A stretch of 64,000 bases of DNA from an uncultured Methylomirabilota bacterium (GTDB taxonomy: Bacteria > Methylomirabilota > Methylomirabilia > Methylomirabilales > 2-02-FULL-66-22). The stretch's first letter is position 1, and each line of letters begins with the position of its first letter. Positions 19,390 to 29,125 of this stretch are shown piece after piece. Position numbers and translations under genes: made by a program. The stretch is from NCBI GenBank assembly GCA_963845565.1, contig CAWJSJ010000002.1, positions 800,001 to 864,000 of the forward strand, written 5' to 3'. Below the pieces are notes generated by a model, which did no database searches, was not told where the DNA came from, and saw only the letters and a program-made list of their open reading frames with translations.

Positions 19390-19446
19390 TGTAGGAAAGT
19401 TCCTTCTTGACTTGGCCTGAAGGCTCTGATAGGTAGTAAAACTACA
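19390..19446 (+). promoter_or_regulatory. Promoter with RpiR/HexR-type operator
   Basis: TTGACT at 19407; palindrome GTAGT-AAA-ACTAC at 19433-19445; weaker site TGTAGGAAAGTTCC at 19390. Confidence 0.65.
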
Positions 19447-19475
19447 TTCTTCCTCACATCTTCCCTCGGGGCGAG

Positions 19476-20363
19476 ATGGCCAGGATGAGCGGCAAGAGGG
19501 CGGACGGCGGTCAGGCGTGGCGCGGGAGCGTTTTGCGGGTGCTCCGGGCCAAGAGCGACGACCTCCGCGCCTCCGAGCGTCGCGTAGCGGAATACGTCCT
19601 GGCCGCCCCGGACAAGGTCATCTACCAGTCCATCAGCGAGGTGGCCGAGAACGCCGGAATCAGCGAGCCCACGGTGATTCGCTTCTGTCGCGCGCTGGGC
19701 CTGAAGGGCTACCACGACCTGAAGATCCGCCTGGCCCAGGACCTCGTCCCCGAGGAGAAGAACATCCACGAGGACGTGGGCCCTGGGGACGACGCGGCCA
19801 CGCTCTGCCGTAAGGTCCTGAACGCCAATTCCCTGGCCATCCAGGACAGCCTGGAGACGCTGGCGCCGGACCAGGTGGAGCGGGCCGTCCGCCTGCTCGC
19901 CCGGGCGTCCCACATCGAGTTCATCGGCTTCGGCGGCTCCGCCCCCGTCGCCATGGACGCTTACCACAAGTTCTTTCGCCTCGGCATCCCGTGCGGCTGG
20001 CAGGACGACCCCCACATGCAGGCCATGGCCGTCTCCTTGATGACGCCCCGCAGCGTCGTGGTGGCCATCTCCCATTCCGGCTCCAGTAAGGACATCGTGG
20101 AGACCTTCGAGATCGCCAAGCAAGCGGGGGCCGCGACCATTGCGATCGTGAGTCACCGCAAGTCGCCGGTGGCGACCATCGCGGACGTCGCGCTCTGCGT
20201 TCACACACGCGAGACGGGCTTCAAGCCGGAGCCGATGTCCTCCCGCATCGCGCACCTGTGCGTGATCGACGTCCTGGCCGTGGGTGTGGCGCTGCGGCGG
20301 AGCGGGGACTTTGTGGCGAGCGTCCAGAAGACCCGAAAGGCCCTGATTAATAAGCGCTACTAA
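19476..20363 (+). CDS. MurR/RpiR (HexR-like) transcriptional regulator
   Basis: SERRVAEYVL, ISEPTVIRFCRALGLKGY HTH; SIS domain GFGGS, ISHSG. Confidence 0.94.
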   Translation: MARMSGKRADGGQAWRGSVLRVLRAKSDDLRASERRVAEYVLAAPDKVIYQSISEVAENAGISEPTVIRFCRALGLKGYHDLKIRLAQDLVPEEKNIHEDVGPGDDAATLCRKVLNANSLAIQDSLETLAPDQVERAVRLLARASHIEFIGFGGSAPVAMDAYHKFFRLGIPCGWQDDPHMQAMAVSLMTPRSVVVAISHSGSSKDIVETFEIAKQAGAATIAIVSHRKSPVATIADVALCVHTRETGFKPEPMSSRIAHLCVIDVLAVGVALRRSGDFVASVQKTRKALINKRY

Positions 20364-20538
20364 CAGGGTGTTGAAGTCTCATTTTCTCCTAGGCTGCTCA
20401 AAAAGGTCCAGATGCTAGGCGGCAAGCGAGGCGAGGTGCGAGACGTACTTGGCACGTACGTCGCAGCGCCGCGCGAGCGCGCGGGGTACCCGTCCGAAGG
20501 ATGGGTCCCCGCAGATGGGCCTTTTTCAGCAGCCTGCT
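20361..20538 (+). mobile_element. TIR-bounded MITE, family B, copy 1
   Basis: 25-bp imperfect TIRs (AGGCTGCTCAAAAAGGTCCAGATGC / GCAGATGGGCCTTTTTCAGCAGCCT, 21/25), core 20391-20535; a degenerate outer end starts at the rpiR TAA; four copies in the window. Confidence 0.82.
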
Positions 20539-20560
20539 GAGCCACTCGCGGAGGTCCCCC

Positions 20561-21076
20561 ATGCCCGAGAAGCGATTCGAACGGTACCTCGTCGCGGCCA
20601 ACCGGGCGATCATCTTCCTCATGATGGCCGTGATGGCGACCTTGGTCTTCGTCAACGTCATCACCCGGTACGTGTTCAATTTCTCGATCATCTGGGCGGA
20701 GGAGGTCTCCCAGTACCTGATGATCTGGATCGCCTATCTGGGCGCCGGCCTCGCGTTGCGCGAGGGGCGCCACGTGGCCGTGGAGATGTTGCAGGACCGC
20801 CTGCCCAAGGCGCTGGGCCGCAGACTGCGGATGGCGGTCGGGGGTCTGGTATTTTTATTCCTGGGGGTGGTAACGGTCCTCGGCTTCCAGTTTGCCGCCT
20901 TCGTCTGGAGCCAGGAGACCCCCGTGCTAAACATCTCCCTCGGCATCCCGTCCCTGGCGATCCCCATTGGCGCCCTGCTCTTCGCCCTGCACCTCATACT
21001 CATGTTCCGCAACTACGTGGGGAAGCAGTACGCCCCCGGGCAAATCCTGGAAGACCTCTCGGGCACGGAGGCCTAG
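20561..21076 (+). CDS. dctQ: TRAP transporter small permease
   Basis: 4 TMs, RYVFN..WAEEV, GRHVAVE. Confidence 0.92.
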   Translation: MPEKRFERYLVAANRAIIFLMMAVMATLVFVNVITRYVFNFSIIWAEEVSQYLMIWIAYLGAGLALREGRHVAVEMLQDRLPKALGRRLRMAVGGLVFLFLGVVTVLGFQFAAFVWSQETPVLNISLGIPSLAIPIGALLFALHLILMFRNYVGKQYAPGQILEDLSGTEA

Positions 21077-21079
21077 GCC

Positions 21080-22369
21080 ATGGGGATCACGCTCGCCGTC
21101 ACCTTCCTCCTGGGCATGCTGATCGGCTTTCCCATCGCCATCAGCATGGGCGGCTCGGGATTCCTGGCCCTCCTTCTGAATGGCAAGTTGTCGCTTCTCA
21201 CCGTGCCGCAGCGCTTCTTCAACGGAATCAACTCCTTTCCCCTGATGGCAGTCCCCTTCTTCATCCTGGCCGCCGACCTCATGAGCGCGAGCGGCATCAC
21301 CATGTCGCTGCTCCGCTTCACCAACAACATGGTCGGGCACATCCGCGGCGGCCTGGGTCACGTCAATATCCTCACCCTCATGCTTTTTGCCGGCATCAGC
21401 GGGTCGGCCCTGGCCGACGCCGCCGGCCCCGGCGCCCTCATCATGCGGATGATGAAGAAGGCGGGTTACGACGAGTATTACTCCGCCGCCCTGACCGCTT
21501 CCACGGCCATCATGGGCCCCATCATCCCGCCCAGCATCATCATGGTCATCTACGCCATCACGGACAGCAAGGTGACCGTGGCGGCTCTGTTCCTGGCGGG
21601 CGTGCTTCCCGGCGTCCTCATGGCCCTGGCGCTGGCCGTCCTCAATCACCTCACCGCCGTCCGCCGCAATTACCTCTTCCGGTCGCCGCTGGCCACCTGG
21701 AAGGAGCGCCTGCAGAGCGTCTGGCGGGCGGTCCCGGCGCTCCTCATGCCGGTGATCATCATCGGCGGGATCCTGGGCGGCATCTTCACCGCCACCGAGG
21801 CCTCGGCGGTGGCCGTCTTTTACGCTCTGTTTGTCGGGTTCTTCGTCACCAAGAAACTGACCCTGCGGAACCTACCCAAGGTCGTGGTACAGAGCGCCCT
21901 GGTCACCTCGGCGGCGCTCCTCATCGTTTCCATGGCCTCCCTCTTCGCAAACATCCTCACCATGGTCCAAGTCCCGCAGACCGTCGCCGCCTATATCATG
22001 GGCATCAGCCGAGATCCAACAGTCGTGATGACGATCGTGGCGATCTTCCTTTTGATCTGCGGCATGTTCATCGACACGCTACCTGCGGTCATCATCCTGG
22101 TCCCGGTGCTGGGCCCCCTGGCAGACCAGGTCGGCATCGACCCCTTGCATTTCGCCATGGCCTTCGTCCTGAATCTCACCATCGGAATGGTCACGCCCCC
22201 CGTGGGCGGGGTTCTCTTCATCCTCACGGCTGTGGGCCAGTTGAGTTTCGAAAAGCTCTCGCGGGCCGTCCTGCCCATGGTGTTCGCGCTCCTGTTAGTC
22301 CTGGCGATGGTCATGTATATCCCGGCGATCAGCCTGACCCTGCCCAGGTGGTTCGGGTTCGCTCGTTAA
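21080..22369 (+). CDS. dctM: TRAP transporter large permease
   Basis: AVPFFIL, FAGISGSALADAA, IIPPS, TATEA, TPPVG. Confidence 0.95.
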   Translation: MGITLAVTFLLGMLIGFPIAISMGGSGFLALLLNGKLSLLTVPQRFFNGINSFPLMAVPFFILAADLMSASGITMSLLRFTNNMVGHIRGGLGHVNILTLMLFAGISGSALADAAGPGALIMRMMKKAGYDEYYSAALTASTAIMGPIIPPSIIMVIYAITDSKVTVAALFLAGVLPGVLMALALAVLNHLTAVRRNYLFRSPLATWKERLQSVWRAVPALLMPVIIIGGILGGIFTATEASAVAVFYALFVGFFVTKKLTLRNLPKVVVQSALVTSAALLIVSMASLFANILTMVQVPQTVAAYIMGISRDPTVVMTIVAIFLLICGMFIDTLPAVIILVPVLGPLADQVGIDPLHFAMAFVLNLTIGMVTPPVGGVLFILTAVGQLSFEKLSRAVLPMVFALLLVLAMVMYIPAISLTLPRWFGFAR

Positions 22370-22395
22370 CCCTGAAGGGAGAAGGAGGAAGTGCC

Positions 22396-23409
22396 ATGAA
22401 GTGGAGATGTGGGGTTCTCGTCGCCCTGGCCGTCGTGCTGCTGGCCCTCCCGACGGCCGCCGTGGCCCAGCAAAAGGTCCTCAAGTATGCCCATTTCCAG
22501 CCCGCCCGGCCCGACCAGCCGAAGCATGCCGCCGCGCTGGCCTTCAAGGAGCACGTCGAGAAGGCGACCAACGGCTCCATCAAGGTCGAGATCTTCCCGG
22601 CCGGCCAGTTCGGCAACGACGCCGACACCATGTCGGGGCTCCGGCTCGGCACGCTGGACATGGCCGTGGCCCATGACGGCGCCATCGCCGTGATCTACAA
22701 ACCCGTCGGCGTCCTCGGCATCCCGTTCCTCTACGAGAACCACGAGCACGCGTGGCGGGTGTACGACAGCCCTTGGTTGAAAGGGTTCTCCGACGACATG
22801 ATCAAGAAGACGGGGGTCCGACTGCTGTCGTTCGCCGACAACGGCGTGCGCCACTTCACCAACAGCAAACGGCCCGTCCGCACCCCTGACGACATGAAGG
22901 GGCTCAAGATGCGGGTCATGCCCAGCCCCGTGTTCCAGACCCTCGTCAATTCCCTCGGCGCCAGCCCCTCGGCGATCCCATGGGCGGAGCTGCCGACGGC
23001 CTTGCAGCAGAAGGTCGTGGACGGGCAGGAGAACGGCGTGACCAACATCCTGGCCGCCAGCCTGTACCAGTATCAGAAGTACATCACCCTGGACGGCCAC
23101 GTCTGGAGCGTCCATGGTTACACGATCAACGAGAAGTACTACCAGGGGCTCTCGGCCGTCGAGCGGAAGGCGGTGGAGGAAGGCACGCAGAAGGCCACGG
23201 CCATCCACCGCAAGATGACGAGCGATCAGGACAAGAACGCCAAGGAGATCCTCGGGAAGCTCGGCATGGAGGTCACCGAGATCACGCCCGCCGAGCTTGC
23301 GAAATTCCGCAACCTCGCCCAGCCGCCGGTCAAGGCCTGGGCGGAGAAGGAGATCGGCAAGGAATACGTGGACAGCCTCTTCAAGGCGATCGAGGCGACG
23401 CGGAAGTAG
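22396..23409 (+). CDS. dctP: TRAP transporter substrate-binding protein
   Basis: Signal peptide; IFPAGQFG, GLKMRV, VVDGQEN; AAGGAGG RBS. Confidence 0.95.
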   Translation: MKWRCGVLVALAVVLLALPTAAVAQQKVLKYAHFQPARPDQPKHAAALAFKEHVEKATNGSIKVEIFPAGQFGNDADTMSGLRLGTLDMAVAHDGAIAVIYKPVGVLGIPFLYENHEHAWRVYDSPWLKGFSDDMIKKTGVRLLSFADNGVRHFTNSKRPVRTPDDMKGLKMRVMPSPVFQTLVNSLGASPSAIPWAELPTALQQKVVDGQENGVTNILAASLYQYQKYITLDGHVWSVHGYTINEKYYQGLSAVERKAVEEGTQKATAIHRKMTSDQDKNAKEILGKLGMEVTEITPAELAKFRNLAQPPVKAWAEKEIGKEYVDSLFKAIEATRK

Positions 23410-23535
23410 CTGGCTAACACTTCCAGCGCCACGCAACGACGTTAACCACCGGGACCTCCCCCGGTCCGGGATCGTGACTGGACCCCGGGCCGGGGGAGGC
23501 CGTCAGCGTCCCTGACAGAATTGGAGATCCGATCC

Positions 23536-24450
23536 ATGAAAGCCCACGGCATCATCGTCGCGCTCCATACCCCGCTCACCCCGAGCGGAGAGATCCACGA
23601 GGAGGCGCTTCGCGACCATCTGGAATGGATGGTCCAATCAGGCATCCACGGGATCTTCCCCTGCGGAACCATGGGCGAAGGCATCGCCCTGTCGGATGCG
23701 CAGCGGAAGCGTGTTGCGGAGATCACCGTCGCGCAGGTGAAGCGGCGTATCCCCGTCATGCCCCAGGTCACGACCAACAACACGACGGGGTGCCTGGACC
23801 TGGCACGCCACGCCCGGGAGGCCGGCTGCGATGCCGTCTCCGTCATCGCCCCCTACTTCTACCCGTCCGACGGCCCGGCCCTGGACGCCTTTTTCACGGA
23901 GATCGCCGCCGCCGTCCCCGGGCTCCCCGTCTATCTGTACAACAACCCGGGTCGCTCGGCCTCCGGCATCTCGTCCTCCTTGGTGGGAAAGCTTGCCAAG
24001 AAGGTCAAGAACATCGTGGGGATCAAGGACTCCAGCAAAGACCTGATCCTGTTCCAGGAATACGTGGAGGTCGGAGGCGAAGGCTTCGAGTGCATCATCG
24101 GGACAGACGGGCTGGTCTATCCCGCCATGATGGTTGGCGGGGTGGGCGTCGTCTCGGCGGTGGCAAATCCCTTCCCCGAGCTGATGGTGGCCCTCTATGA
24201 CGCTGTGGTAGCAAAGCAGTACGAGCGGGCGCGGAAGCTCCAGCTCCTGGTGAACCAGCTCCGCGGGGTCCTGAAGATCGGACCATACCTGGCCGGCTAC
24301 AAGGAGATCATGCGGCTGCGCGGCCGGGAGTTCCCGCTGGATATGAAAGCCCCGTTACGTGGGCTGAACGAGAAGGAGACGGCCGAGATCCACGCAGCCT
24401 TCGACGCGCTGCCCAAGGCGGTCTTCGATCCCTCGTTGGTGGGCTGCTGA
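23536..24450 (+). CDS. DapA/NAL-family class I aldolase (2-keto-3-deoxy acid aldolase-like)
   Basis: CGTMGEG, YLYNNP, GIKDSS Schiff-base Lys; catabolic context. Confidence 0.88.
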   Translation: MKAHGIIVALHTPLTPSGEIHEEALRDHLEWMVQSGIHGIFPCGTMGEGIALSDAQRKRVAEITVAQVKRRIPVMPQVTTNNTTGCLDLARHAREAGCDAVSVIAPYFYPSDGPALDAFFTEIAAAVPGLPVYLYNNPGRSASGISSSLVGKLAKKVKNIVGIKDSSKDLILFQEYVEVGGEGFECIIGTDGLVYPAMMVGGVGVVSAVANPFPELMVALYDAVVAKQYERARKLQLLVNQLRGVLKIGPYLAGYKEIMRLRGREFPLDMKAPLRGLNEKETAEIHAAFDALPKAVFDPSLVGC

Positions 24451-24583
24451 AAACGGCCATCTGCGGGGACCCATCCTCTGGACGGGTACCCCGCCCACCT
24501 CGCCACTCGCTGCGACGTACCTCCAGTACGCCTCGCTCGGGCTGCGGTGTGCCGCCTTGCATCTGGACCTTTTTGAGCAGCCC
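24441..24583 (-). mobile_element. MITE family B, copy 2 (overlaps the aldolase stop codon)
   Basis: GGGCTGCTGAAAACGGCCATCTGC...GCATCTGGACCTTTTTGAGCAGCCC. Confidence 0.82.
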
Positions 24584-24635
24584 GGGGAAAGACGGTACTC
24601 TGCCAGTAGGAGATGGCTGACTGCGAGGCTGCCGG

Positions 24636-26135
24636 ATGGCTGAGCGCGGAAACGTGCTGGCGGTGGACATCGGGACGTCGGCGACGAAGGCCGTGCTCTT
24701 CGACGGCCAGGGTCGGATCTTGTCCCTTGCCCGCCGCGCTTACGCCATGCTCACGCCCCGGCCGGATTGGGCCGAGCAGGATCCGGAGGCGGTCTATCCC
24801 GCCGTTCTGGAGGCCATCCGCGAGGCCTATCAGAACCGGCCACCGGGCCGCTCGGTGGACGCGGTGGCCTTCAGCGCCCAGTGGTACAGCACCATGCCGG
24901 TCGCGTCCGACGATCGGCCCCTGTCGCCCTATCTCACCTGGTCGGACCGTCGCAGCGCGGCCATCGCCGATCGCCTGCGGCGGTCTGACGCGGGGCGCCG
25001 GATCTACCGGGCCACCGGCTGCCCGCTGGATGCCATCTACCCGCTCTCCAAGATCGCCTGGCTTCGACAGGCCGATCTTCCCGCTCAGCCGGTTCGTTTT
25101 CTCTCCATCAAGGAATACGTCTTCCGCCGCCTCTTCGGCGAATACGTGGTGGACTGGTCGATGGCCTCGTCCACGGGCCTCTTCGATATCCGCCGACGGG
25201 ACTGGTCTCCGGAGGCGCTGGACGCCGCCGGCATCGGCCGGGCGCACCTCTCGACCCCCGTCTCTCCCTACCGGACATTCACCCGCTGGTTGCCGGAGGC
25301 TCTGGAACGCACCGGCTTGCCGCAGGGCATCCCCTGCGTGATCGGCGCGGGAGACGGCGTTCTGTCCAGCGTCGGCGTCGGCGCCGTGGGCCGTGGAATC
25401 GCTGCGGTCAACGTCGGGACGAGCGCGGCCTGTCGGTACCTGATCGAGGCGCCGACGGTCGACCCACAGGAGCGGCTCTGGACCTACGCCCTGGACGAAC
25501 GCTGGTGGGTGATCGGCGGCATCGTGAGTAGCGGCGGGATCGTCTACGACTGGTTCGTCCGTCAGTGCGCGGACGCGGAAGCGGCGGACGGTCCGCCGGG
25601 CGTCGAGCTGCACGCCGCCCTCAACGACCTGGCGGCCCAGGTGCCGCCGGGCGCGGAAGGCCTGATCTTTTTCCCGTACCTGTCCGGCGAGCAGTGCCCC
25701 GTCTGGGACCCCGAGACGACGGGAGGCTTCTGGGGGCTCACGCTTCGCCATGGGCGCGGGCACCTGGCCAGGGCGGTCTACGAGGGCATTGCCCTCTCCC
25801 TGGCCCGTGTGGCGGAGGCCCTTGCGGACGCGGTCGAGCCCATCGAGGAGGTCCGGGTGACGGGCGGACTCCTGGGCTCGTCCACGTGGCTCCAGATTGC
25901 GGCGGACATGTGGGGGACCCGGATCCTGGTGCCGGAGTCGCCCGAGGGCTCCTCCCTCGGCGCGGCGGTCCTGGCCTGGGTCGCTCTGGGCATGGCGCCC
26001 GACCTGGGTGTGGCGCGGGAGCTGGTCCGCCCGGCGCGTGTGGTGGAGCCGGATGCAAGGCAGCGGGCAGTCTACCGAGACTACCTCGGCCGGGCAGCAC
26101 GGCTGCTGGCCGCGGTGAAGACCATTCGCGACTGA
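24636..26135 (+). CDS. FGGY-family carbohydrate kinase, gluconokinase (GntK)-like
   Basis: DIGTSATK, EQDPE, FSAQWYS, TWSDRR, SIKEYV, ASSTGLF, GAGDG, PYLSGE, TGG. Confidence 0.88.
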   Translation: MAERGNVLAVDIGTSATKAVLFDGQGRILSLARRAYAMLTPRPDWAEQDPEAVYPAVLEAIREAYQNRPPGRSVDAVAFSAQWYSTMPVASDDRPLSPYLTWSDRRSAAIADRLRRSDAGRRIYRATGCPLDAIYPLSKIAWLRQADLPAQPVRFLSIKEYVFRRLFGEYVVDWSMASSTGLFDIRRRDWSPEALDAAGIGRAHLSTPVSPYRTFTRWLPEALERTGLPQGIPCVIGAGDGVLSSVGVGAVGRGIAAVNVGTSAACRYLIEAPTVDPQERLWTYALDERWWVIGGIVSSGGIVYDWFVRQCADAEAADGPPGVELHAALNDLAAQVPPGAEGLIFFPYLSGEQCPVWDPETTGGFWGLTLRHGRGHLARAVYEGIALSLARVAEALADAVEPIEEVRVTGGLLGSSTWLQIAADMWGTRILVPESPEGSSLGAAVLAWVALGMAPDLGVARELVRPARVVEPDARQRAVYRDYLGRAARLLAAVKTIRD

Positions 26136-26200
26136 GGCGGTCGTCGTATGCAGTGGTGAGAAACGGACGTGGCGTAAACCCAACAACCGGAGGTGGAACC

Positions 26201-27202
26201 ATGAAGCGATGGGGCGGAATCCTTGTGACAACAATGGTGCTTGCTGCCATCTGCCTGCTTGCAGTCGGCACTCCGACGGCCCAGGCCGGGGAGACCTACA
26301 AACTCAAGATCGCCAACTGGTACGCGCCGGGCCATCCGGTAAACATCGCCCTGAAGGAGAAGTTCTTGCCGGCGATCAAGGAAGGGACCGGCGGCAAGGT
26401 CGAGGGGTTCCTTTACGACAGCAGCCAGCTCGGCGGCGAGCGGGAATTCACGGAAGGGGTACGGATTGGCACCATCGAGATGGCCATCACGGGCGGCATC
26501 CTCACGGCCTCGTACCCGAAGATCGGCATCCTGGAGCTGCCCTATGTGTTCCGGGATTACGACCACGTCCAGAAGACGCTGAACGGGCCCATCGGCGACG
26601 AGTTCGTGGCCGAGTACCAGAAGGCCGGCGTCCGGGTCCTGGGCTGGATGGCCAACGGCTTCCGGGTGATCTCCAACTCTAAGCGGCCCATCAACTCCCT
26701 CAAGGATATCCCGGGGATGCGGCTGCGCATGCCCGAGAACAAGGTGTACGTGGAGACGGGCAAGGCGTTGGGCTTTAACGTCGTGACCATGGGCATGCCC
26801 GAGGTGTTCAACGCGCTCAAGCAAGGGGTCATGGACGGGCAGGAGAATCCCTTCTCCACGCTGTGGGCCTCCGGCTGGTGGGAGGTGCAGAAGTACGTGA
26901 CGGTGAGCTACCACCTCTTCAGCTACAACGGGGTCTCGATCAACGACAAGCTCTACCAGAGCATGCCCAAGGAGTACCAGGACGTCCTCGCCAAGGCGGC
27001 TCGGGAAACCGCGGCCTACGAGTTCAAGCTGCTGCAGGACGACGAGAAGGATGTGATGAAGAAGCTGCAGGACAAGGGGCTGCAGATCAGCACCCCCGAT
27101 CGCAAGCCGTTCGAGGACGCCACCAAGGTGGTGCGGGACAACTACGCGAAGGGTTATGCCCCGGCGACGGAGATCATCACGAAGATCCAGGCGGTGAAAT
27201 AA
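26201..27202 (+). CDS. dctP: TRAP transporter substrate-binding protein
   Basis: Signal peptide; SQLGGERE, GMRLRMP, MDGQENP. Confidence 0.95.
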   Translation: MKRWGGILVTTMVLAAICLLAVGTPTAQAGETYKLKIANWYAPGHPVNIALKEKFLPAIKEGTGGKVEGFLYDSSQLGGEREFTEGVRIGTIEMAITGGILTASYPKIGILELPYVFRDYDHVQKTLNGPIGDEFVAEYQKAGVRVLGWMANGFRVISNSKRPINSLKDIPGMRLRMPENKVYVETGKALGFNVVTMGMPEVFNALKQGVMDGQENPFSTLWASGWWEVQKYVTVSYHLFSYNGVSINDKLYQSMPKEYQDVLAKAARETAAYEFKLLQDDEKDVMKKLQDKGLQISTPDRKPFEDATKVVRDNYAKGYAPATEIITKIQAVK

Positions 27203-27296
27203 GGCCTTCCGGCTGATCGGCCTGCAGCGAGGCGCTCGGACCCCACACGGGCGGGCGCCCCGCTGGGTCGCCGTCCGGCCAGAGATGGGGGTGCAC

Positions 27297-27767
27297 ATGA
27301 CCGCGAAGGGTGTCCTGTCGCGGATCCTGGAAGTGATCATGGTGACCATCCTCACCATCATGGTGGGGCTCGTCTTCGGAAACGTGGTGGCGCGCTATGC
27401 GTTCAACTCCGCCATCACCTGGGCCGAAGAGGTCGCCCGGTTCCTGTTCGTCTGGCTGACGTTCGTCGGGGCCAGCTTCGGGCTCATGAAGGGGCTGCAC
27501 CTCGGGATGGACATGGTCGTGGCGCGCTTCTCGCCCCGCACCCGCAGCCTCATCGAGGTCGTCAACGGCTTTATCATCCTCGCCTTCCTGGGGGTGTGGG
27601 TGGTGGGCGGCGTGCATCTCATCCAGGCGAACCTAGACTACATGTCGCCCGCCACCGGGTTCTCCATGGGGTTGGTGTACCTGATCGGCCCGCTGGCCGC
27701 AGTCCTCATGGGCATCGAGGCCCTCAGCAGACTGGCCGCCTCCATCAAGACCTTGAGGAGAGAGTAG
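27297..27767 (+). CDS. dctQ: TRAP transporter small permease
   Basis: RYAFN..WAEEVARF, HLGMD; 4 TMs; the start could be 27285. Confidence 0.92.
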   Translation: MTAKGVLSRILEVIMVTILTIMVGLVFGNVVARYAFNSAITWAEEVARFLFVWLTFVGASFGLMKGLHLGMDMVVARFSPRTRSLIEVVNGFIILAFLGVWVVGGVHLIQANLDYMSPATGFSMGLVYLIGPLAAVLMGIEALSRLAASIKTLRRE

Positions 27768-27772
27768 CCCGC

Positions 27773-29056
27773 ATGGATTCATTGATCATCTTCCTGGGTA
27801 TATTCTTCGTGTTCTTGGCCCTGGGGCTGCCGATCGGTATCTCGCTGGGCACGACAATGGTAGTCCTGGTGGTCTTCAAGTCGTCCCTGCCGCTATTAAT
27901 CGTGTCGCAGCAGATGATCATCGGCGCCGACAACTTCACGCTGATGGCCATCCCCTTCTTCATGCTGGCCGCGGAGCTGATGAGCTTCGGCGGCATCGCG
28001 AAGCGGCTCATCGATTTCATCAACTCTCTGGTGGGCTGGATCCGCGGCGGCCTGGGTCTGGTGAATGTGGGTACCAACATGATGCTGGCCGGGCTCTCGG
28101 GCTCCTCGGTGGCCGACGCGGCCCTGACCAGCTCCTTCTTCATTCCCACCATGGTGGCGCGCGGGTACGCCGCCGATTTCTCGGCGGCCCTCACCGCGGC
28201 GTCCTCGGTGATGGGGATCATCATTCCCCCCAGCATCCCCATGATCCTGCTGGGGATGATCGCCAGCATCTCGGTCCTCAGCCTCTTCATGGGCGGGGTG
28301 ATCCCGGGGATCATGATCGGGCTCTCCCTGATGGGCGTCTCCTACTATCAGTCCGTGAAGCGCGGGTACCCGGCCGAGCCGCGGGTGTCGCTCGGAGAGA
28401 TCTGGCGGCGGTTCCGGGTAACCATCTGGGCGACCTTGTACCCGGTGGTGATCATCGGCGGCATCCTGGGCGGGGTGTTCACCCTGACGGAGGCCTCGGT
28501 GGTGGCCGTGGTGTACGCCTTCGCCGTGGGAAAGTTCATCTACCGGGAACTGACCCTCAAGGCTATCTACCGGTCGCTGGTCAACGCGGCGACCACCTCG
28601 TCCTTGATCATGTTCATCGCCGCCACGGCCTCCGGCGTGGCCTGGTTCCTGAACAGCGAGCGGGTCCCCCAGATGATCGCCGCCTTCCTGGCCGGACTCA
28701 CGCGGGATCCCCTGATCTTCATGCTGATCGTCAATGTCTTCCTGCTGGTCGTGGGCTGCGTCATGGATCTCACGCCGGCCCTCCTGATCCTGGCCCCGAT
28801 CCTCTATCCGGTGAGCAAGCAGTACGGCATCGACCCCATCTACTTCGGCGTGGTGATGACCGTCAATCTGGCCATCGGCTTGATCACCCCGCCGGTGGGC
28901 AACTGCCTGTATATCGCCACGGGCGTGGCCAAGCTGCCGCTGGTCCAGGTGATCCGACAGATCTGGCCGTTCCTGATTGTCTTGATTCTGATCCTGTTCC
29001 TGATCACTTTCTTCCCTCCGCTCATCACCTGGTTGCCGACCCTGTTGAAGGCGTGA
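27773..29056 (+). CDS. dctM: TRAP transporter large permease
   Basis: AIPFF, GLSGSSVADAA, IIPPSIP, ITPPVG. Confidence 0.95.
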   Translation: MDSLIIFLGIFFVFLALGLPIGISLGTTMVVLVVFKSSLPLLIVSQQMIIGADNFTLMAIPFFMLAAELMSFGGIAKRLIDFINSLVGWIRGGLGLVNVGTNMMLAGLSGSSVADAALTSSFFIPTMVARGYAADFSAALTAASSVMGIIIPPSIPMILLGMIASISVLSLFMGGVIPGIMIGLSLMGVSYYQSVKRGYPAEPRVSLGEIWRRFRVTIWATLYPVVIIGGILGGVFTLTEASVVAVVYAFAVGKFIYRELTLKAIYRSLVNAATTSSLIMFIAATASGVAWFLNSERVPQMIAAFLAGLTRDPLIFMLIVNVFLLVVGCVMDLTPALLILAPILYPVSKQYGIDPIYFGVVMTVNLAIGLITPPVGNCLYIATGVAKLPLVQVIRQIWPFLIVLILILFLITFFPPLITWLPTLLKA

Positions 29057-29125
29057 GTCGGCGGAAGAAGGGAAGAGCGCTTGGCCACTAGGCGGGCGCA
29101 CCTTGGTACGCCTGGGACACCGACC

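Noticed and set aside
20449..23409. 986-aa ORF as one giant protein
   Set aside because: Only the last 337 aa (from ATG 22396, with RBS) are DctP. The rest is an off-frame shadow over dctQ and dctM, typical of high-GC DNA.
23536..24450. Lysine-biosynthetic dapA
   Set aside because: GTMGE replaces GTTGE, the context is catabolic and there is no dapB.
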